Notes under the pieces: model-generated
The model's input: only the letters and a program-made list of their open reading frames with translations
The model's database searches: none
Told to the model about the DNA's origin: nothing
NCBI RefSeq assembly: GCF_001194135.2
Contig: NC_068984.1
Coordinates: 7,217,382 to 7,281,381 of the forward strand
Length of the DNA: 64,000 nt
Reading direction: 5' to 3'
Source of the DNA: Octopus bimaculoides
Lineage: Eukaryota
Shown: piece by piece, positions 11,545 through 24,352 of the stretch
Layout of the letters: every line of letters starts with the position of its first letter
How positions within the stretch are numbered: position 1 is the first letter of the stretch
Program-made: the position numbers and the translations under genes

Positions 11545-11916
11545 GGTTTATCAACCGAGTCTATCGTCAATATCGTCACGCCTCCTTCCTTTAAACGGGA
11601 AGGAAGAGATGTATTTATCGTACTTGTGGCTATGGCCAAAGAATGCATCTGGTGGACGCGTCTGAAAGGATTAGAGACAAATACTTTCCTCTCTGGTCAA
11701 TCTCTCATCAACTTTTTCAAGTATCACTTGAAAAGGAAGGTGAGAGTAGAGAGGCAAGTGTTGTCTAGCAAATGTTTCGAAAAAAGATGGATACATGTAG
11801 CAAGAATGGCACGTATAAATGACGAAGCCACCTTGACCATGATTCTATAAAACGTTTTAAAATTTTGTAAACAGAGAGTTACTTACGTTTCTTGCATAAA
11901 TAAAAGGAATTTTATT
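11545..11916 (+). mobile_element. 5'-truncated Tx1/L1-clade LINE, ORF2 C-terminus plus 3' UTR
   Basis: Open frame to the stop at 11850: LSTESIVNIVTPPSF...FIVLVAMAKECIWWTRLKGLETNTFLSGQSLINFFKYHLKRKVRVERQVLSSKCFEKRW. The AK..IW..R and F..RW pattern is typical of L1/Tx1 C-termini. Confidence 0.7.
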
Positions 11917-12770
11917 NNNNNNNNNNNNNNNNNNNNNNNNNNNNNNNNNNNNNNNNNNNNNNNNNNNNNNNNNNNNNNNNNNNNNNNNNNNNNNNNNNNN
12001 NNNNNNNNNNNNNNNNNNNNNNNNNNNNNNNNNNNNNNNNNNNNNNNNNNNNNNNNNNNNNNNNNNNNNNNNNNNNNNNNNNNNNNNNNNNNNNNNNNNN
12101 NNNNNNNNNNNNNNNNNNNNNNNNNNNNNNNNNNNNNNNNNNNNNNNNNNNNNNNNNNNNNNNNNNNNNNNNNNNNNNNNNNNNNNNNNNNNNNNNNNNN
12201 NNNNNNNNNNNNNNNNNNNNNNNNNNNNNNNNNNNNNNNNNNNNNNNNNNNNNNNNNNNNNNNNNNNNNNNNNNNNNNNNNNNNNNNNNNNNNNNNNNNN
12301 NNNNNNNNNNNNNNNNNNNNNNNNNNNNNNNNNNNNNNNNNNNNNNNNNNNNNNNNNNNNNNNNNNNNNNNNNNNNNNNNNNNNNNNNNNNNNNNNNNNN
12401 NNNNNNNNNNNNNNNNNNNNNNNNNNNNNNNNNNNNNNNNNNNNNNNNNNNNNNNNNNNNNNNNNNNNNNNNNNNNNNNNNNNNNNNNNNNNNNNNNNNN
12501 NNNNNNNNNNNNNNNNNNNNNNNNNNNNNNNNNNNNNNNNNNNNNNNNNNNNNNNNNNNNNNNNNNNNNNNNNNNNNNNNNNNNNNNNNNNNNNNNNNNN
12601 NNNNNNNNNNNNNNNNNNNNNNNNNNNNNNNNNNNNNNNNNNNNNNNNNNNNNNNNNNNNNNNNNNNNNNNNNNNNNNNNNNNNNNNNNNNNNNNNNNNN
12701 NNNNNNNNNNNNNNNNNNNNNNNNNNNNNNNNNNNNNNNNNNNNNNNNNNNNNNNNNNNNNNNNNNNNNN

Positions 12771-12818
<48 letters not shown>

Positions 12819-13009
12819 CATATGCATACTTATATACATACACCGATCAACAAATACATCCATAGTCATACACACGCACATACATTTATGTTCATATATG
12901 CATGTACTTAGGTATATTTTGGGGCACTTCAGTATATATACATATACATATGCATGTGGGATGGGAAGGATAGGAGGGGGAAAAACTGAATTGTAATTAT
13001 TATTTTTAT

Positions 13010-13345
13010 TCACTGACCCATCTTGAAAATGCATATCTGGTGCGGTGGTTACACCTTGGAATTTTCTCATCATGCTTGTTTACCAAGCTCTCATTATTCA
13101 GCAGTATACACAATGCTTCCTCAAGGCAAAGGTCACATTTGTCGGATAGCGAATTACATGAGAGAGCATTTTCTATTATTGACCATTCCATTTCGTTTTT
13201 TAATTTTTGATTCTGTCAGTCCCCGTATGAGGTCTGCCAGTGACGTTGCGTGTCGTCTGTTTATTTTTCGGAATGAAGAGATGTGGTTGCGATAACGGAC
13301 TTTGAATTGGTTTTCCGAGGCACCCGTATATGTTGGAATGTGGAG
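13010..13345 (-). mobile_element. Penelope-like element fragment, C-terminal GIY-YIG endonuclease (pseudogenised)
   Basis: Minus strand reads TYTGASENQFKVRYRNHISSFRKINRRHATSLADLIRGL, then a frameshift, then MEWSIIENALSCNSLSDKCDLCLEEALCILLNNESLVNKHDEKIPRCNHRTRYAF. This matches the PLE pattern YIG.TE..FK.RY.NH..SF...WSI...C.LCL.EK...LLNK..E...C.H. Confidence 0.85.
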
Positions 13346-13354
13346 ATTATGCGT

Positions 13355-13483
13355 TTTTCTTTTACTTGTTTCAGTTGTTTGACTGCGGCCATGCTAGAGC
13401 ACCGCCTTTAGTCGAACAGATCGACCCTAGGACTTATTCTTCGTAAGCCTAGTAATTATTCTATCGGTCTCTTTTGCCGAACC
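13355..13483 (-). mobile_element. SINE family B 3' part, followed by (AT)n and a gap
   Basis: TTTACTTGTTTCAGTTGTTTGACTGCGGCCATGCTAGAGCACCGCCTTTAGTCGAACAGATCGACCC. Confidence 0.85.
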
Positions 13484-13521
13484 ACTATGTTATTTTTATA
13501 TGTATATATATACATACATAC

Positions 13522-13552
<31 letters not shown>

Positions 13553-14276
13553 TATATNNNNNNNNNNNNNNNNNNNNNNNNNNNNNNNNNNNNNNNNNNN
13601 NNNNNNNNNNNNNNNNNNNNNNNNNNNNNNNNNNNNNNNNNNNNNNNNNNNNNNNNNNNNNNNNNNNNNNNNNNNNNNNNNNNNNNNNNNNNNNNNNNNN
13701 NNNNNNNNNNNNNNNNNNNNNNNNNNNNNNNNNNNNNNNNNNNNNNNNNNNNNNNNNNNNNNNNNNNNNNNNNNNNNNNNNNNNNNNNNNNNNNNNNNNN
13801 NNNNNNNNNNNNNNNNNNNNNNNNNNNNNNNNNNNNNNNNNNNNNNNNNNNNNNNNNNNNNNNNNNNNNNNNNNNNNNNNNNNNNNNNNNNNNNNNNNNN
13901 NNNNNNNNNNNNNNNNNNNNNNNNNNNNNNNNNNNNNNNNNNNNNNNNNNNNNNNNNNNNNNNNNNNNNNNNNNNNNNNNNNNNNNNNNNNNNNNNNNNN
14001 NNNNNNNNNNNNNNNNNNNNNNNNNNNNNNNNNNNNNNNNNNNNNNNNNNNNNNNNNNNNNNNNNNNNNNNNNNNNNNNNNNNNNNNNNNNNNNNNNNNN
14101 NNNNNNNNNNNNNNNNNNNNNNNNNNNNNNNNNNNNNNNNNNNNNNNNNNNNNNNNNNNNNNNNNNNNNNNNNNNNNNNNNNNNNNNNNNNNNNNNNNNN
14201 NNNNNNNNNNNNNNNNNNNNNNNNNNNNNNNNNNNNNNNNNNNNNNNNNNNNNNNNNNNNNNNNNNNNNNNNNNNN

Positions 14277-14314
<38 letters not shown>

Positions 14315-14604
14315 AAGGGCTTATGGACTTATTTTGTACAAGATCGGAAAGTTGAACCGTGAACTTTTATGCGTCTTTTTTCTTCTTTTTCTTATCTCCT
14401 TATTCCTTCACTCATGTCCTCTATGTCATCATTTCATTAATCTATACCCTTCTCATTTTCCGATGACGGAATATCCCATACTCTGGGATATCCTAGAAAC
14501 AGCAGTAAGACATTGAATTCTTTCCAATAACAATCATGTATATGACTTGAGACGTTTGTTGTCCTCTTTAACAATTATATATGTGTATGTATGCATATAT
14601 GTAT

Positions 14605-14757
14605 ACATACAACTGGCTTCCTTCAATTTCCCTCTACCAAATCTACCTTAGCCTCGAGCCGCGGCTGTAGTAGAGGACATTTGTGCAAAGAGCCACGTGG
14701 GACTGAACACGGAGATAAATGGTTGGGAATCAAACTCTTTACCACACAGCCACGCCC
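14605..14757 (-). mobile_element. SINE family B head
   Basis: CTACCAAATC...GGGACTGAACAC...TTTACCACACAGCCACGCC. Confidence 0.75.
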
Positions 14758-15344
14758 AATATAACATCAATGACAAAACCCAAGAAATAACACCAAACAA
14801 AACTGTAATGTGTTTTAATCATCTTCATCCTTTATTTAGCCACAATACACGTGTTTATGAAATAAAATAATACTTAGGAAGCAGTTAACAATTACAAACT
14901 TACACAACCAATCTTCTCTTCACACGTCTTGGAATTTTTACAAACAATAAAAATAGTAATAATAATAATAATAATATTAATAATTTTAATAATGTAATGA
15001 TAATCATAATCAAATTTAAAAATAAAAACATAACGGAAAAAGTAACAAGAAAACATACATATAATCTCACGGCTTTCATAGTTCCCTCTAAAATGTAGAA
15101 TATTATATAAAGGACTGTATATTAGGACAGTACATGTCACACAGATGTTATCATTTCGCAATCGGAAGCATCGTCACTACTCACTTCTATCTGTGATCGT
15201 TGTCTGTGTTTGAGTGATTCTAAAGCTTTCGAATCTTTGCCCAAAGGCAGAGTATCTCCGTTGCTCTGTGAAGAAGAAGAAGAAGAAGAAAGACGAAAAT
15301 ATATGAAATTGGAAAACTTTATAATACTTGATCTTAAATTTTAA

Positions 15345-15395
<51 letters not shown>

Positions 15396-15834
15396 NNNNN
15401 NNNNNNNNNNNNNNNNNNNNNNNNNNNNNNNNNNNNNNNNNNNNNNNNNNNNNNNNNNNNNNNNNNNNNNNNNNNNNNNNNNNNNNNNNNNNNNNNNNNN
15501 NNNNNNNNNNNNNNNNNNNNNNNNNNNNNNNNNNNNNNNNNNNNNNNNNNNNNNNNNNNNNNNNNNNNNNNNNNNNNNNNNNNNNNNNNNNNNNNNNNNN
15601 NNNNNNNNNNNNNNNNNNNNNNNNNNNNNNNNNNNNNNNNNNNNNNNNNNNNNNNNNNNNNNNNNNNNNNNNNNNNNNNNNNNNNNNNNNNNNNNNNNNN
15701 NNNNNNNNNNNNNNNNNNNNNNNNNNNNNNNNNNNNNNNNNNNNNNNNNNNNNNNNNNNNNNNNNNNNNNNNNNNNNNNNNNNNNNNNNNNNNNNNNNNN
15801 NNNNNNNNNNNNNNNNNNNNNNNNNNNNNNNNNN

Positions 15835-15865
<31 letters not shown>

Positions 15866-17667
15866 AAACATCCACAATGGGCTGGCCCTAAAAAAATAAA
15901 TTCATAACAGAAAATCAAAACTTGTACCAAATATCACAAATGCAAATCGCTGCATCACACTGTCGACCTGCCTATGAAATGTTGTTACACACCGCTGCTC
16001 ACAATGCGCTTCCTTGCATTGTTTTATTGTTGTAAGTTTTGGTGTTACCAATATCGCAATTTCTCACATATGATTAGCTTGTTGTCATTGTTAAAAATCA
16101 TTTAAATCGAGTTACTGGGCTGAACGAAACTATAAAGAAATGCTGGAGACGACTTCTCGCTCGGTGCTCTGACTTAATAAGCACCAGAAATAAACTGAAC
16201 AATCGATTCAATGAGCCGAGTTATTCGGTTATAAATTACGTTCTTTTGTATTTTTGGCCTGATAGGGCCATCGAGGAACACTACAGGTGCCTGAGAAACT
16301 CTAATCGCTCAGAAATGATGCAAGGCGCGATTTCTCAAGACACGGAATGCGGGGAAACAACACTGAAGCTTTGCTGGGTTGTGTAGTTATGTCGAACAGC
16401 TGTTGTCACATGTTGGACAAATTTGGATCTTTGGTTGAGTCCATTGTAAGAATTTGAACTCAGAACTTAAAGAAATATAACTAAATACTGCACAGCAATT
16501 TTTTTCGTCCTACACCGAATATGTTAATGTGTAACCTTCACTTAAGTCAACGAATGTACGTTCCAACATCTTGTTAAAGATTATTTATAAATATGTCATA
16601 TCTTTGACATTTTCGTGGACGGAAAATTAGAATGTAAAAAACAAAAAAAACAAAAAAACAAAAAAAAAGATAAAAAATAAGATTAAAAAATTGTTCCAAT
16701 CTTTTGACTTGATTTCTCTGCCTTACTCCCTCTTTGTACTTTGTTTCACAGGCTTCCTTTTTAAACTCTTCCCCAATCCATCTTTATAGTGTGCCGCTCC
16801 CCCTTTCTCTACCACGCCTCACTCACTCTCTGTATAGTTACATGACAAAGCTATGAAACTTCGTTTAGAGTTTAGTTAAAATAATCTGGGGGTGGAAGTG
16901 GGACATCATTTAACCATCTGTATTGCGAGTGATAAAAGATTAAGAACCAAAATGTCGGCAGTATTCTCACGCACAGTAGCTACTGTAATGTATAACGGAA
17001 AGACGAAAAATACACTTCTGCGTCGTCTCAAACCATGTGACGTCAAGAAGACATTTTTTTAGCCCTTCACTTCAATAAACAGGCGTTTAATCGCTTTAAC
17101 GGTTTATCAGTGATTTCTTAATCTGACAAATTTATTGAAATAAAAAGATTTCAATAAAACACAGCGCAAACAATTTCAAATGAATGTCTGAGTCGCTGCT
17201 AAATGTTGTACTTTCTGTTTCACACTGCAACGCTATTGACGATTTTATTTAATTTACTGTGATTTTTATTTATTTAATTTTCTTTTATTTTTGCAGTGTC
17301 TTAGAGAGAAAAAAAGACGCTTTTCTATGTTTCTTGTATTGAGCTGATTACCATTACCATCGTATTCTTTAAGAAGTTGACAACATATCATATTCACGTG
17401 AAATATTTACACTGTCTATAGTTCCTCCGCAAGGTTTTACCCGATTTTGCCTTCACTAAATCGATCTTAAATATGGGCACAGAAACGCACACATACATCT
17501 ACAGACACACAATCAACTAAATGTCTTGTGTGTGTGTGCGCGTGCGTGTGTCAGCGTGTACGCGCGTGTATATATATATATATAGTGTAAACAGTGTTAG
17601 CAGTTATAGTAACCGACTAAGGGATAAAATATCCCGTATATACTATCGGTATATATTATTTTCTAAT

Positions 17668-17706
<39 letters not shown>

Positions 17707-18758
17707 ACACACACACACATACACACGCACGCACGCACACACATATATATATATATAAAGAGAGAGTGAAAGAGAGCGAGAGAGAGAGAGAGAGAGAGAG
17801 AGTTAGATATAGTTATATATACATATATATGCAGATATATCAACATACATGCATACACACACACACATATCATGGATGGATGGATGGATGGATACAGAGC
17901 GAGAGAGAAAGAAAAGAAAATAGACCGAATAGATAAGTGTAACTATATGTTTGGTATAAGTGTGTGTGTATACATGTATGTGCGCGTATGTGTATGTGTA
18001 TTCCTGTGTTCCGAGAAAGAAAGAAGAGAAAGGTAATACTTGATACATACAAAACTCACAAATCCACACACTGGTATTTATGCTGTGAACGTTTGACGAC
18101 ATGACAACCTTTTTTAATGCACACACTGACAGATTTTAAAAACAACGATCGGTAATCTAGCGCCTCATCTTTATATTGAAACTGTTATATTTACTGGTTG
18201 GAGTTGAAACAAAGCAAAAATATAAAGAAAATGTGAGAAAAAAAAAAAAAAAGGATTGTCCGTCTCTTTTAATCAGAAATATCACGATGCAATATATTTT
18301 GAAGTATGAGTCAAAGACATTGCTGTTTTCTCTTTCTGTATGTGCTCATCCACGCAAGGGCACACATTGTGCTAAACACAATAATAGTGTAGTATTATGA
18401 CTTAGTGTAGTATTATGACACACGTATATATATATATATGTGTGTGTGTGTGTATGTGTGTATGTGTGTGTGTGTGTGTGTGTAACCTGTATAGTAGATG
18501 TATAAGCTGGGAAAATTTAGTTATTTCTCCATTAACTGGGAAGGTGATGAACACTCTTAACCGGTTTTCGAGTTAACCTTTCTTAAAGAAACAAACAGCC
18601 AATAGCTTTATATACTCAACAAGTATACAAGGAATACCGGAGCTGCTAATTTGCATACCGTAAATGTTTAACACTTTATTCAATATCAGGGACTGTCCAA
18701 GGGATTTCAGTCCACTCAGTATGAAGGTAGGATATATTGTATACGTAACCTATGCAAG

Positions 18759-19090
18759 TGAAGGCGCATGGCGCCGTGGTTAGATCGTAGGGCGCACAAT
18801 CATGAGGTAGTGAGTTCAAATTCTGGACCGGGATGTGCGTTGTGTTCTTGAGCAAGACACTTTATTCTATGTTGGTCCAGTTCATCCAGCTGTAAAAATG
18901 AGTTGCGACATGTCACTTGTGCCAAGTTCTATATCGGCTTTTGATTTTTCCCTTGGATAACATCGGTGGCTGGTATGCATGGGCAACTGCTGGTGTTCCA
19001 TAAAACAACCTTTCCCGGACTTGTGCCTCGGAGGGGAACTTTCTAGGTGCAATTCTATGGTCATTCATGCCCAAAGTGAGCCATTACCCT
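18759..19090 (+). mobile_element. full-length tRNA-derived SINE family C
   Basis: GAAGGCGCATGGCGCCGTGGTTAG...GAGTTCAAATTC (A/B-box-like), core GTGTTCTTGAGCAAGACACTTTATT, tail ...GGACTTGTGCCTCGGAGGGGAACTTTCTAGGTGCAAT. Confidence 0.88.
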
Positions 19091-19093
19091 AGC

Positions 19094-19129
<36 letters not shown>

Positions 19130-19163
19130 GTTTGCATATATACATATATGTTAGCGTGCCTTC

Positions 19164-19195
<32 letters not shown>

Positions 19196-19871
19196 TAGAA
19201 TCATTACGTATTTAATGCACATTTTTCAGCTGAATACTATTTCTCGGATTTTCTTTTCTTATGCATCAATCTGAACTTGATAAAATATTTATCATTGCCA
19301 TATTAATTCATTGGAACCGGTTTTTAATAAGCACATAATCATCTCTACAAGAAAGAATTTGGAAATATATTCTGCATGGTGCGGTACCTTTTTTACAAAA
19401 CTAGGACATGTTTTTATGTCGATATTTAGCCAGGGATAGAGCGTAAAATTCTAGTTCCCGTTGACAGTCGTGTTGAGGATGTTGTTATTTTAGAAATACT
19501 AACGAGATAATTAATTGGAGTATAATTTCGTAATCTATTCATTAGTGTTTCCTGATGGCTACTTATTTTCGTAAATAGTGAACGGGATATGAATGGAAAA
19601 TAGAGAGTTAAATGAAGAGAAGAAAAAAACATTAAGTGTTGACAAACAGAGAAGGGAAGGGAAACGGAAGGTGAGTAGACGTCAAGAACTAACCACCTCA
19701 TTGTGTCTTAAGAAATATCACAATGTCAGTTTTAGCTTCATCCTCTTTACCATCGTTCAAATGTCACAGCAAATGTGAAAACTCATTAAGACAGAAAAAG
19801 GCTTTTAAAGAAAAGTAACCACACGTTTGCAGTTTTGATTCCTTCCGACTCTGTCTTTGTTGTGGTTTTGT

Positions 19872-19885
19872 CCACCAGATGGCAG
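19872..19885 (+). promoter_or_regulatory. candidate CTCF site
   Basis: CCACCAGATGGCAG matches the CTCF core CCASYAGRKGGCRS at all 14 positions and lies in non-repetitive sequence. Motif match only. Confidence 0.4.
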
Positions 19886-20115
19886 TCGGGGAGGGAAGGC
19901 ATGGTGACATGTCTATTGGCTGCCTTCCTACCGTCAATCTTAAACATCAGTAGCATTTCGCATGTAATATGACGCTAATTATATCGTCTTCTATTCACTA
20001 CCGATTTTCTTTAAAACTTATTCGTGTATAACAGTCACACAGCTGCCACCTGATTCTAGTAATACAAGTAGTGTTCATCTGTGTGTGTGTGTGTGTACGC
20101 GTGCATGTATGTATG

Positions 20116-20154
<39 letters not shown>

Positions 20155-20162
<8 letters not shown>

Positions 20163-20336
20163 AAAAGTAAATGAGTATATGCATATATACGTACAGGTAT
20201 GTGCATACCGACATCCACCTGTATGTATAGGTGCATATCTGGGTACAGGACATTGCAAACAAACGTAGACGAGAACACACGAGCCACATAGAGAACATTC
20301 TACTTCATCAGCTACCCACGTTTTAACACCGGCGTG
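20155..20336 (-). mobile_element. interspersed repeat, possibly a Penelope-like element terminus
   Basis: Minus strand ACGCCGGTGTTAAAACGTGGGTAGCTGATGAAG...CCTGTACCCAGATATGCACC resembles PLE-type termini as recalled. There is no second copy in the window. Confidence 0.35.
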
Positions 20337-21044
20337 TATAATTCATAGTGTATGTATTTTTTATCCATATAATATATATCAGTGTAATATATATATGGTA
20401 TGTATTTATTGCCCATATAATATATGTGTAATATATTATTTTGTAAGTTTATACACTCTGTATAGAAATATATATCAGATTTAAGACTAACAAGTTCGTC
20501 TGTCTCTTTGCATAAACTATAAGCTTATATCTTTCTTCTGTTCTGCCTCTTATATTAGAGTTCCTTCAATGAAGGAACTCAAATAGAATGAATACCACAT
20601 ACTGATAATGAGTATCTCTAAATTCTTAATTTGTTAAAGATATTTTGGAGATCTACTAAGAATTAGAATGAGATTGTATCAAAGAATCGATCGTAGAAGT
20701 GAGATGCGATATCATTTTTGCACCTGAAGAAATAAGCCGAAACTAAATTTCAATTCTCAATGCTAACAATAAAATATATTAATTGAAGCGAATCTATTAA
20801 ATTAGGCATCAATGTTCAATACGTTTGAATGAGATATATTGGCACATTTATGCATTTCCCAAAGTTATTACATTGCAAACGTAAAAGAATAACTTTAATA
20901 TGAATCGAAACCGTATTTTTAATACAACAATCCAGAAATTTTCCTCTTATTATGCCGCATGTTTCCCTTTATTTTGTAAGGATATAAAATTCTAATATAT
21001 GTGCAAGAATTGAAATTTGGATGTTGAATCTAGTTGATTGGAAC

Positions 21045-21190
21045 AATACCAGCAATAAACTGGTACTTTATTTTATCGATCTGAGAGGCTCAAAAAAAGT
21101 GAAGTCTGCATCGGAGGAAGTCGATCTCAGAACGTTAAGATTTATGCAAGCCAACAACATAACGTGTTTGCTTACAACTCCACCGATTCT
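21045..21190 (-). mobile_element. degraded SINE family A
   Basis: AACTGGTACTTTATTTTATCGATC...GAAGTCGATCTCAGAACG. Confidence 0.55.
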
Positions 21191-22404
21191 GCTCAATTAT
21201 CATGAAAGCTGGTCGTGACAGGATGTGATTTATTTCAAAAGTGGGAAGAGTCGATTCAGTTATGGAATTGAGATTTGAAATCACAAATATAAAGACTACC
21301 GCCATCCACTTACCTCTTCATTTGAAATGATTTTGAAACTAAAACAAATAAAGTTAGGAAATTTCTCCGAAAGAATAAGACAGAAATTGTTAGAAAATAT
21401 GAACTGACGCTTGTTGAACCGAGAAACTAACATTTTTACTTAACAGACCGTAGCTAATTTGTTCGTCCTTTAAGTTCGAAATCACTTTAGCCTCTTTTGT
21501 TGTGGTTGGTTTTGTTTTTTAAGCGTTTGCTTCAGTTAACTGCATTTGCTGCCTTCATACGACTCACGCATGAAATGAATTTACAGTTTTTGTACAAAAA
21601 CTGGTTGAGTGTGCAAATAGCATTCAAAGCACGTGCAGCCATTGTCAACAAACGAAACATAAATACGAGAAAATGCATAACTGTAAGAAATTTCGATCAA
21701 AAATATGAAATCTGGTTTGATAGAACCTAATGTCCTTTGACTGACTGAATCTCTGCACAAGAAATAGATGTGTAAATGCCGTTTCCATAAAAGAACACAA
21801 AGAAAACGGCGAAAAATATTTACCTTGAGTGTCATAGCTCCAAGCATCAAACATTGCTCGGAGCTAACAGAAATGGAAATTCAGCAAAAATATAAATAAA
21901 TATAAAACGAAACATAACACACAGCGTGCATAAGATCAATAAAAAATAATATCTTCTAGCGATAGATCTTTAAATGGTGGACTCTAGATTACTGTAACGT
22001 TACTCCTTTTTCCCGATTCTTTTCATGAAGTTTAATGTCCCTGACAGCCATCTTTGCAAAGTTGTTGTATTTCGAAAATTTGAATTTATAATACGATGAA
22101 GAAAAATGACATTTGTATTTCCTGTTCGACACACATATCGCTACGATATATCCATTATTGATGTGAGACTTACAGAATTACTAAATAACAATTTTGTAAT
22201 TCATTTTCCCCTCTTTACTATTTTTTTCCCTTCTACTAAAACAACTAAAAATGATTTCGTGGGTTGAATCGTTTCCAGTACCTTTTGAAATCTCTGTATC
22301 TCTGGTTCAAAACTTAAAATGATATTTTAATCAACAAGCCATATAGCTCAAATAGTTTTTTTTTTTCCACTTTATACTTCGATTGACCGCAACGGAATAA
22401 AATT

Positions 22405-22620
22405 ATAGGCCTAAATGTTTCGAATTTTGCCGCAAAATTTTACGGGAGGAGGATAGTCGATTGCATAGACCCCCAATAATTTACTGGGACTTTATTGTAT
22501 CGACTCCGAAGGAATGAACGTAGAAATTTACCTCGATGAAATTTGAACTGGGAACATAAAGATCCGGAACAGCTGTGCTAAACAGTCTTCCCGTCGCACT
22601 AACAACTCTGCCAGTTCGTC
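22405..22620 (-). mobile_element. SINE family A
   Basis: TAGTCGATTGCATAGACCCCC...TCGACTCCGAAGGAATGAAC...ATTTGAACT...CTAACAACTCTGCCAG. Confidence 0.75.
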
Positions 22621-22701
22621 AAAGAGTAAAAGAAAGACCCGTACCCGGTCAAATCGTAATAGGTTAAAAATATATTTATTCTTTTCATGAATATTACGTA
22701 T

Positions 22702-22988
22702 ACTCTTTTACTCTTTTACTTGTTTCAGTCATTTGACTGTGGCCATGCTGGAGCACCGCCTTTAGTCGAAGAAATCGACCCCAGAACTTATTCTATCCCT
22801 CTCTTTTTGCCGAACCGCTAAGTTACGGGGACGTANNNNNNNNNNTCTTTCAGTTTCCCTTTACCAAATCCACTCACAAGGCTTTGGTCGGCCCGAGGCT
22901 ATAGTAGAAGACACTCGCCCACGTAGTGGGAATGAACCCAGAACCATGTGGTTAGTAAGCAAGCTACTTACCACACATCCACTCCTGC
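22702..22988 (-). mobile_element. young SINE family B (10-N gap at the internal microsatellite)
   Basis: CTCTTTTACTTGTTTCAGTCATTTGACTGTGGCCATGCTGGAGCACCGCC...CAAGGCTTTGGTCGGCCCGAGG...TACTTACCACACATCCACTCCTGC. Confidence 0.9.
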
Positions 22989-24199
22989 AACTATGTGACG
23001 AAACAGATATTAGATAAAACAATTCTGCATTTATTAAATAAGACAATGTTTTGCATTGCTGCATTATAAGAATGTAGACATTTTATATTTTTTTATCTAA
23101 CGAAACACAAATATGAAATGCATAACATTTATCAACACAACGCTATATCAGTTCATGAACTGTACAAGGGAATGGGCCATCTGATCCAGTTTTGATTCCT
23201 AGTCGAAACTTATTGTAATTACGCAGAAAGATTATTTAGAAGCACCATGAAAAATCACGTAAAAATGCCTTATTTTTACTTCCTTTATAAATTTGTCATT
23301 TTGTAGTTGAATAAGAAATCAATTTTAGATTAGATATAACAAAAACACAAACGAATGAAAGAATTTAGTAGAGCAGGTTGTACGATAACGGCAATAAAAT
23401 GAGTTGTGTACCACCATCTTAGTTATCCATCTGTGAGTCGAACAAAGCAGTTGAAGGTGGAGCCAGCATATATAAAGCTCGTCTATAGAGAAAGACACGT
23501 GGAATGGGAATAAGATAACAGTAAATGATCAAACTATTGACGATAACATATTTCTAGCCACTGCTGCCGAGGATTACATAGAATATAGTTTATCGTCAGC
23601 AGCACTAACAATAGGAGAATGTTATCAGATTGTTTACGGTTGGTTGAGCAGTCGTGCTGTCGCATATAAATTACTTAGTTATTGGAGTTTTTCGTTGAAT
23701 ATGTATAAATATATAGTCGTGATTGTAGAGCATCTTTTGTCATGATGGTAATATCTGCTTCGGTCCTCCTTAACTGATGAATCAAATGTTTAAAAAGGGT
23801 ACGCCCTTCTACTTTTTTTGATGAGAGAAACATTAATATACACTGCGGCTGTCAAAAGCATATGGTGTGGTAAACCAGAGATACAAAATACATGTTTTAT
23901 GCTTAAAATATGCATATTTCTTTGTTTATTTCCAATTTTCAAAGGGAACAAAATATCAGTGGACCAATCATGAAATAGGGGCTGGTATAAATGTTCGATA
24001 ATTCGATAAAGTGTTAAAACATTAAAATCCGAGCTAGTTATACATTGACAAAATTCACTTCAAAAAGGTTACATATTAAATAAGGGGGTCCTGAATCGGG
24101 GATCGCATTAATAGATTTCCCATTAGATAACGGTTTGTTAAATGTGATTAAGACCGAGTTTGAGTTCATTCTTCCTTTGATAAATAAGCCTTTCTATTA

Positions 24200-24352
24200 T
24201 AGACACAAGGCCTGAAACTTTGGTGGGAACAGGACGATACTTGATTGATACTTATTTTATCGACCCCCAAAAGAATGAAAAGTAAAGTCGACCTCAGACG
24301 AAATGCCTCTAAAGACGGACGAAATGCCGCTACCGATTCTGACAGCTCGCCT
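24200..24352 (-). mobile_element. SINE family A with internal deletions
   Basis: TACTTATTTTATCGACCCCCAAAAGAATGAAAAGTAAAGTCGACCTC. Confidence 0.7.

Noticed and set aside
17270-17420. Strong polypyrimidine tract plus TTGCAG acceptor
   Set aside because: No coding signal or clear donor follows, and such tracts are common in AT-rich DNA.
18590-18660. CCAAT, TATA-like and octamer motifs close together
   Set aside because: Order and orientation do not fit a histone- or snRNA-type promoter, and no gene follows.
20300-20330. AAACGT...CTGATGA on the minus strand as a hammerhead ribozyme
   Set aside because: The GAAA box is mutated, the cleavage-site base would be G, and there is no room for helix I.
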